From NCBI GenBank assembly GCA_965208125.1, contig OZ242320.1, forward strand, positions 32,001 to 96,000: a stretch of DNA of 64,000 nt. Direction: 5' to 3'. This DNA comes from Candidatus Latescibacterota bacterium (lineage in GTDB: Bacteria; Latescibacterota; UBA2968). The notes below the pieces were generated by a model. The model ran no database searches and was not told the origin of the DNA. It saw only the letters and a program-made list of their open reading frames with translations. Positions 58,246 through 64,000 of the stretch are shown here, one piece after another. The position numbers were made by a program, and so were the translations under genes. Every line of letters begins with the position of its first letter. Position 1 is the first letter of the stretch.

Positions 58246-59007
58246 ATGAAAATCTCACCAGCACACCAACAACAATTAGACGAACAGGGCTATGTGATCA
58301 TCCCCCATGTACTTTCTGAATCCGAGATAGCACACTATCGGGCACTATTGCTGGACCTTGCCAAACAAGAGCGCGGAGACGGCTCGGGCCGGGTACATAC
58401 CAGTGGCAGGGGCCAGCATGTGCGGTGGCTGGTGAACAAGGGAAAACCATTTGAAAAGCTGGTGGCGCATCCCAAAGTCGTGCCCTATTTTGAATATATG
58501 CTCGGCGAAGATTATACCCTCAGCACACTCACATCAAACGTGATTTACCCGGGCGCCGAAGACAATGCATTTCACGTCGATAATGCACTGGGCAAAATGC
58601 CAGAGCCGTTGCCCTCATTCCCCATGTTTGTCAACACCCTGTGGCTTCTGAACGACTTTACCCCGGAAAACGGAGGCACGCGCTTTGTGCCCGGCAGCCA
58701 TCGGTTCTTAAAAAAACCCCCGCCAAAAGACCATCCACACGCCCTATGCCATCCCAACGAAATGAGACTCTCAGCCCCAAAAGGCTCGGTATTCTTGTTC
58801 AACGGCGCAATATGGCACGCTACAGGAGCCAACCGCACAGATGACGCCCGCGTGTGCCTGATCTGCTTCTGCTGCCGATCATTTCTAAAGCCCATGTTCG
58901 ATTTTGTACACTATCTCAAACCCGAAGTGGTGGATCGAGCCACACCGGAAATGAAGCGCATCTACGGATTTAATTCTCAACCCCAGCCGCCGGATGTGCG
59001 CGATTAA
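58246..59007 (+). CDS. Phytanoyl-CoA dioxygenase family protein
   Basis: EQGYVII, FHVD, DFTPENGGTRFVPGSH, IWHATGAN. Confidence 0.9.
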   Translation: MKISPAHQQQLDEQGYVIIPHVLSESEIAHYRALLLDLAKQERGDGSGRVHTSGRGQHVRWLVNKGKPFEKLVAHPKVVPYFEYMLGEDYTLSTLTSNVIYPGAEDNAFHVDNALGKMPEPLPSFPMFVNTLWLLNDFTPENGGTRFVPGSHRFLKKPPPKDHPHALCHPNEMRLSAPKGSVFLFNGAIWHATGANRTDDARVCLICFCCRSFLKPMFDFVHYLKPEVVDRATPEMKRIYGFNSQPQPPDVRD

Positions 59008-59097
59008 ACTGATCTCACAGGATTACGCATCAATCGCGCCCCCGATTCGCTATTGAGTCGGGGATACTTTTGGCTACTTCAACAAAAGAGGCAAAAG

Positions 59098-60240
59098 ATG
59101 AAAATTACCGATGTCAAAGCGACAACATTGAAGGGCTACAAAGATTGGAACTACGTAAAAGTAGAAACCGACGCCGGCATATCGGGCGTGGGGGAAGCGC
59201 ATCCGGGCGAAGGCATAACCGATGCCGTGACAAAGTGCTTGCGCCCCATGCTCATCGGGCAAAATCCCCTGAATGTCGAGCCGCTCTACACGCGGATGCT
59301 CGACCGCTCCACCGGGCAATCTACTGCCGGGATACTCCTCGGCGCAATCGGCGGCGTGGAAACAGCACTCTGGGATGTTGCGGGCAAAGCCATTGGCGTG
59401 CCAATCTATCAACTACTCGGCGGAAAGTATCGGGACCGACTGCGGATGTACGCCGATGTGGGCAGGGGGCGAAATCGACAAAACACCCCCGAGACATGGG
59501 CCGAACGCGCCAAAGAGGGCGTGGCAGATGGATTTCAGTCCATCAAATTCGACATCGACGGATCGGCAAACGAATTGCAACACGACCCCGTGGATCGCGG
59601 GTTATCACTCGCCGAATTGGACAAAATGGAAGCCATGGTATCCGCAGTCCGCGACGCCGTCGGATACGACATCGACCTGTGCATCGATTGCCACGGAAAA
59701 TACAATGTGCGCGATGTGCTCTTACTCGCCCAGCGTCTGGAAAAATTCAACCTGATGTTCCTCGAAGACCCCGTACCCCCGGAAAATATCGACGCCATGG
59801 GCAAAGTAACGGCTTCGACATCCATACCGATCTGCACGGGCGAATGGGTCCACCGCAGAGACGGATTTCGCGGGCTAATCGAGAATCAAGCGTGCGACAT
59901 GCTACACATCGATATCTCGGCAACCGGAGGCATGCTGGAAGGCAAAAAAATCGCCGATCTGGCAGACCTGTACTACATGCCCGCCGCATTCCACAACATC
60001 GTATCGCCGTTGGGCATGGTGGCATCCGCACATGTAGGCGCAGCCGTGCGAAACCTCCACACTCTGGAACTACCCTACCACGCAGACCAGATAGAATGGC
60101 GATGGGACCTCGTAATCAGCGACGAGCCATTAATCCAAGATGGACAATTTGTCCTCCCGGAAAAACCGGGCCTCGGCGTCGAATTTAACGAGGATTTGGC
60201 GCGCACGCATGTGAAAGAAGGATATGATTTCTTTGATTAG
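59098..60240 (+). CDS. Mandelate racemase/enolase family dehydratase
   Basis: ETALWDVAGK, IKFDID, IDCHG, FLEDP, TGE, PGLGVE. Confidence 0.9.
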   Translation: MKITDVKATTLKGYKDWNYVKVETDAGISGVGEAHPGEGITDAVTKCLRPMLIGQNPLNVEPLYTRMLDRSTGQSTAGILLGAIGGVETALWDVAGKAIGVPIYQLLGGKYRDRLRMYADVGRGRNRQNTPETWAERAKEGVADGFQSIKFDIDGSANELQHDPVDRGLSLAELDKMEAMVSAVRDAVGYDIDLCIDCHGKYNVRDVLLLAQRLEKFNLMFLEDPVPPENIDAMGKVTASTSIPICTGEWVHRRDGFRGLIENQACDMLHIDISATGGMLEGKKIADLADLYYMPAAFHNIVSPLGMVASAHVGAAVRNLHTLELPYHADQIEWRWDLVISDEPLIQDGQFVLPEKPGLGVEFNEDLARTHVKEGYDFFD

Positions 60241-60243
60241 TCG

Positions 60244-60271
60244 TTGACAAGGGATGGTAGATTTCTATATT
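60244..60271 (+). promoter_or_regulatory. sigma70-type promoter
   Basis: TTGACA, 16 bp, TATATT. Confidence 0.6.
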
Positions 60272-60321
60272 GATGCGGCTTTTGAGAAAAATTTTAGATG
60301 TACATAAAAAAGGAGACATCT

Positions 60322-61479
60322 ATGGAACTCAACATCGGCATGATCGGATATTCATTCATGGGCAAAGCGCACAGCAATGGATTCCGCCAACTGCCCGCAT
60401 TCTTTCCCGAACTCGGTGTGAAACCCGTATTAAAAGTAATCTGTGGACGCAACTCCGACGCCGTAAAAGATGCGGCTGAGACATACCAATGGGAAGAATA
60501 CGAAACCGACTGGGAAAAAGTCGTCGTTCGAGACGACATCGACGTCATCGACATCTGCACACCCGGCGATCAGCACCTGCCCATGGCACTGGCAGCATTG
60601 AAAGCCGGCAAACACGTCATCTGTGAAAAACCCCTCACAAACACCCTTGCAGAAGCCAGAGAATTATTGGCCGTGGCTGAAAACACCGACAAAAAAACCA
60701 TGGTTGCATTCAACTACCGCCGCGTACCCGCGGTGGCATTGGCTCGGCAATTGATCGCCGAAGGGCGGATTGGGGAAATTTATCACTGGCGCGCCGTGTA
60801 CTTGCAAGACTGGATCATCGACCCCGACTTCCCACTCGTCTGGCGATTGGAAAAAGACAAAGCAGGTTCGGGACCGCACGGCGATCTGAACGCGCATATC
60901 ATCGATCTCGCCCTGCATCTCGTAGGCGACATCGACAGCGTAGTCGGCGCAGATACCACCTTCATCAAAGAACGCCCCCTACTCGAAGCCGTTGACGCGG
61001 GCCTGGGCGCGCAAGGCGGCGAACAAATGGGCCAGGTGACCGTTGACGACGCCACCATGTTTTTGGCCCGGTTCCAAAACGGCGCACTCGGCACATTTGA
61101 AGCCACGCGATTTGCCGCCGGGCGGCGCAACTACAACCATTTTGAAATCAACGGAAGCAAAGGCAGTATCGCATTCAACCTGCAAAAAATGAACGAATTG
61201 CAATTCTATTCGCGCGACGACGAAGATCATATCCAGGGCTTCCGAGAAATTATCGTCGGTGAAGGCAGCCAACCCTTTATGGGCGCGTGGTGGCCGCCGG
61301 GACACATTATTGGCTGGGAACACACATTCACGCATGAATTCAGGGATTTCTTTGAAGCGATTGCACAGGATGGAACCTTTTCCCCCGACTTTGCCGAAGG
61401 CACAAAGGTACAGGCCGTCCTGGAAGCCGTAGTCGATTCGGCAGCTACAAAAACCTGGCAAGACGTGCCAAAAATTTGA
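60322..61479 (+). CDS. Gfo/Idh/MocA oxidoreductase, levoglucosan dehydrogenase-like
   Basis: GYSFMGKAHS, CEKPL, AFNYRRVPA, YLQDW, AGSGPHGDLNAH. Confidence 0.9.
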   Translation: MELNIGMIGYSFMGKAHSNGFRQLPAFFPELGVKPVLKVICGRNSDAVKDAAETYQWEEYETDWEKVVVRDDIDVIDICTPGDQHLPMALAALKAGKHVICEKPLTNTLAEARELLAVAENTDKKTMVAFNYRRVPAVALARQLIAEGRIGEIYHWRAVYLQDWIIDPDFPLVWRLEKDKAGSGPHGDLNAHIIDLALHLVGDIDSVVGADTTFIKERPLLEAVDAGLGAQGGEQMGQVTVDDATMFLARFQNGALGTFEATRFAAGRRNYNHFEINGSKGSIAFNLQKMNELQFYSRDDEDHIQGFREIIVGEGSQPFMGAWWPPGHIIGWEHTFTHEFRDFFEAIAQDGTFSPDFAEGTKVQAVLEAVVDSAATKTWQDVPKI

Positions 61480-61498
61480 GTTAAAACAGGAGTGAAAA

Positions 61499-62497
61499 AT
61501 GGCAAGACCAGTTACGTTATTCACCGGACAGTGGGCGGACTTGACACTGGAAGTCATGTTGCAAAAAGCCAGAGATTTTGGCTATGACGGCGTGGAACTC
61601 GCCTGTTGGGGCGACCACATGGACGTGCGTGAAGCCGCATCGAATGACGGCTATGTGCGCGAAAAAAAAGAATTACTCGAACAATACGGCATGCAGTGCT
61701 TTGCCATTAGCAATCACCTGGCAGGGCAGGCAGTATGCGACAACATCGACGAACGGCACGAGGCGATTTTGCCGCCCCATGTGTGGGGCGATGGCGATCC
61801 CGAAGGCGTGCGACAACGCGCCGCCGAAGAAATGATAGCAACAGCCGAAGCCGCAAAAGCCATGGGCCTGACCGTGGTCAATGGCTTTACCGGATCCTCA
61901 ATCTGGCACCTGTTGTATTCTTTCCCCCCCGTGTCACCCGATCAGATTGACGCGGGATTTAGCGACTTTGCCGATCGCTGGAACCCGATTCTGGATGTCT
62001 TCCAAAAGAACGACGTGCGATTCGCACTCGAAGTGCATCCAACGGAAATTGCGTTTGATATTGCTTCATCTGCCCGGGCATTAGAGGCACTGGAGAACCG
62101 ACCGGAATTTGGCTTCAATTACGACCCCAGCCATCTGGTCTATCAAAATGTGGATTATGTCGGCTTTATCCGCGAGTTTAGCGACCGGATCTATCACGTC
62201 CACATGAAAGACTCTTACCTGTCGCTCACCCCCAAACGAGCGGGTATATTTGGCGGACATACTAATTTTGGCGACCCGGACCGCAGTTGGGATTTCCGCT
62301 CAGTGGGTCGCGGCAGCGTGGATTTCGAAGAAATCATTCGCGCATTAAACGACATTGGCTACGATGGACCGCTCTCAGTCGAGTGGGAAGATTCCGGTAT
62401 GGACCGCGAACACGGCGCGACCGAATCCTGCGCCTTTGTCAATGAGATCGACTTTGAACCCTCAGAAGTGGCATTTGACGCGGCGTTTGAAGAATAG
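61499..62497 (+). CDS. Sugar phosphate isomerase/epimerase TIM barrel protein
   Basis: [39 protein letters not shown]. Confidence 0.9.
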   Translation: MARPVTLFTGQWADLTLEVMLQKARDFGYDGVELACWGDHMDVREAASNDGYVREKKELLEQYGMQCFAISNHLAGQAVCDNIDERHEAILPPHVWGDGDPEGVRQRAAEEMIATAEAAKAMGLTVVNGFTGSSIWHLLYSFPPVSPDQIDAGFSDFADRWNPILDVFQKNDVRFALEVHPTEIAFDIASSARALEALENRPEFGFNYDPSHLVYQNVDYVGFIREFSDRIYHVHMKDSYLSLTPKRAGIFGGHTNFGDPDRSWDFRSVGRGSVDFEEIIRALNDIGYDGPLSVEWEDSGMDREHGATESCAFVNEIDFEPSEVAFDAAFEE

Positions 62498-62520
62498 CTT
62501 TCAGCAATCAACTTTCAGCG

Positions 62521-62578
62521 GTCAGCCCTCCCATCCACCACCCAAACAGGGCGGAATAGTGAGGGCTGACATTTTTTT
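62521..62578 (+). terminator. Long hairpin with T tail (terminator or attenuator-like)
   Basis: GTCAGCCCTC / GAGGGCTGAC 10-bp stem with a 30-nt loop, then ATTTTTTT, about 10 bp before the next ATG. Confidence 0.5.
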
Positions 62579-62588
62579 GGGGAACACA

Positions 62589-64000
62589 ATGGCACGCTAT
62601 CTATTTCTCGCAATATTGATGCTAATAACCGCTTGCGGACAACAGACCGGACGCACGGTCGTCTTTGGGCGCGGCGGCGATTCCGTGGGACTGGATCCCG
62701 CACTGGAGACAGACGGCGAATCGTTTAAAGTATGCGATAATATTTACGAAACACTCGTCGCATTTGTGCCCGAACGCACTGACCTCGCACCCGGATTAGC
62801 GACTTCCTGGCAAGCGTCAGAAGATGGATTGACCTGGACATTTCAGTTGCGCGAAAACGTCGTCTTTCACGACGGCACGCCCTTTAATGCCGATGCCGTC
62901 GTCTTTTCACTCGCGCGGCAATTCAAACCCGACCACCCTTTCAACAAAGTAGAAGGCGCGTATCAATATTGGGCAGGCATGTCCATGAGCGACATCGTAC
63001 AAGATGTCCGCAAAATAGACGACATGACCGTATCCATTGACCTGAAACGCCCTAACGCACCCTTCCTCGCAAATCTGACAATGAATTTTTGCGCCATCGT
63101 CAGCCCCGTTGCCGTCGAAAAATGGGGAGCTGATTTTGCGCGGCACCCGGTGGGCACGGGGCCATTTCGCTTTGTCGAATGGATTAAAGATGACCGCGTG
63201 GTATTAGAACGCAACCCCGATTATTGGGGACCAGCCCCAAAAATTGATCGCCTGATTTTTAGAAGCATTCCCGAAAACTCCGTCCGACTAATCGCGCTAA
63301 CCCAGGGATCTATCGACGGCATGGACAACCTCGTACCAGACTTCTTACCGACAATTGAATCAGACGAAAACCTCGCCTTGCTGTCCCAGCCGGGGATGAA
63401 CGTGGGCTATCTGGCGATGAACATGGACAAAGAACCATTCCAGAACCTCAATGTGCGGCGCGCCATAAACCACGCAATCAACAAACAAGCCCTGATCGAC
63501 AACCTGTACCAGGGCCTGGCCATTCCAGCGGTCAATCCCATTCCGCCGACGGTCTGGAGTTATCGGCAAGAAACACCCGGCTATGAATACGACCCGGAAA
63601 AAGCCCGAACACTCCTATCCGACGCGGGATTTCCAAACGGATTCAAAACCACCCTCTGGGCCATGCCCGTACCGCGTCCCTATATGCCACAACCCCAAAA
63701 AATCGCCCAGGCAATCCAGGCCGATTTACAAACAGTTGGCATCGAAGCTGAAATCGTCTCTTATGAATGGGGGACATATCTGGACAAAGTCCAGCGCGGG
63801 CAGCACGATATGGCATTGCTGGGCTGGACCGGAGACAACGGCGACCCCGACAACTTCCTCTATATTCTGCTGGACAAAAGCGCGACCCAAATGCCAGCCA
63901 ATAATATTGCATTTTATCGCAGTGACCCGTTGCACGACGTATTGGTGGCCGCTCAAAAAGAATCCGACAAAGCAAAACGCACGGCCCTGTATCAAAAAGC
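62589..64000 (+). CDS. ABC transporter substrate-binding lipoprotein, family 5 (DppA-like); runs off the window
   Basis: Hand translation: MARYLFLAILMLITAC (lipobox) GQQ...GGDSVGLDPA...NIYETLV...FHDGTPFNADAVVFS...PVGTGPFRF. Absent from the ORF track because it has no stop in the window. Confidence 0.92.
   Translation, partial: MARYLFLAILMLITACGQQTGRTVVFGRGGDSVGLDPALETDGESFKVCDNIYETLVAFVPERTDLAPGLATSWQASEDGLTWTFQLRENVVFHDGTPFNADAVVFSLARQFKPDHPFNKVEGAYQYWAGMSMSDIVQDVRKIDDMTVSIDLKRPNAPFLANLTMNFCAIVSPVAVEKWGADFARHPVGTGPFRFVEWIKDDRVVLERNPDYWGPAPKIDRLIFRSIPENSVRLIALTQGSIDGMDNLVPDFLPTIESDENLALLSQPGMNVGYLAMNMDKEPFQNLNVRRAINHAINKQALIDNLYQGLAIPAVNPIPPTVWSYRQETPGYEYDPEKARTLLSDAGFPNGFKTTLWAMPVPRPYMPQPQKIAQAIQADLQTVGIEAEIVSYEWGTYLDKVQRGQHDMALLGWTGDNGDPDNFLYILLDKSATQMPANNIAFYRSDPLHDVLVAAQKESDKAKRTALYQK

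Noticed and set aside
59070-60188. 372-aa alternative-frame ORF
   Set aside because: Arg-rich frame-shift shadow of the enolase-family gene.

Overview
Gene-dense bacterial chromosomal segment, probably from an uncultured diderm FCB-group lineage such as Latescibacterota or Gemmatimonadota. This is inferred from the GWxTD proteins, DUF6785-type transporter, Fibrobacter-like LexA half-sites and paralogue expansions. Most genes serve carbohydrate or organosulfate catabolism: 3 sulfatases, 5 enolase-superfamily dehydratases, 3 PhyH dioxygenases, 3 Gfo/Idh/MocA oxidoreductases, a GH29 fucosidase and a YcjQ-like dehydrogenase. The window also holds an RND pump, selA/selB, fbaB, mazG, three type II toxin-antitoxin pairs and a truncated propeller-sigma54 activator. 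No rRNA, tRNA or CRISPR array was seen. The best candidates for novelty are: (1) a RpoD-family sigma factor whose promoter carries a LexA-type box in the same position as the promoter of a SplB-like radical SAM gene, suggesting an SOS-induced sigma factor; (2) a small protein fusing an integrase Arm-type DNA-binding domain to an apparently catalytically dead PD-(D/E)XK-like domain, downstream of tandem NrdR-like boxes and five GCCACA repeats; (3) an HDV-ribozyme-like RNA scaffold behind selAB-hicBA; (4) heptamer-repeat hairpins that run directly into ribosome-binding sites. All family assignments come from motif recognition by eye; no database search was run.
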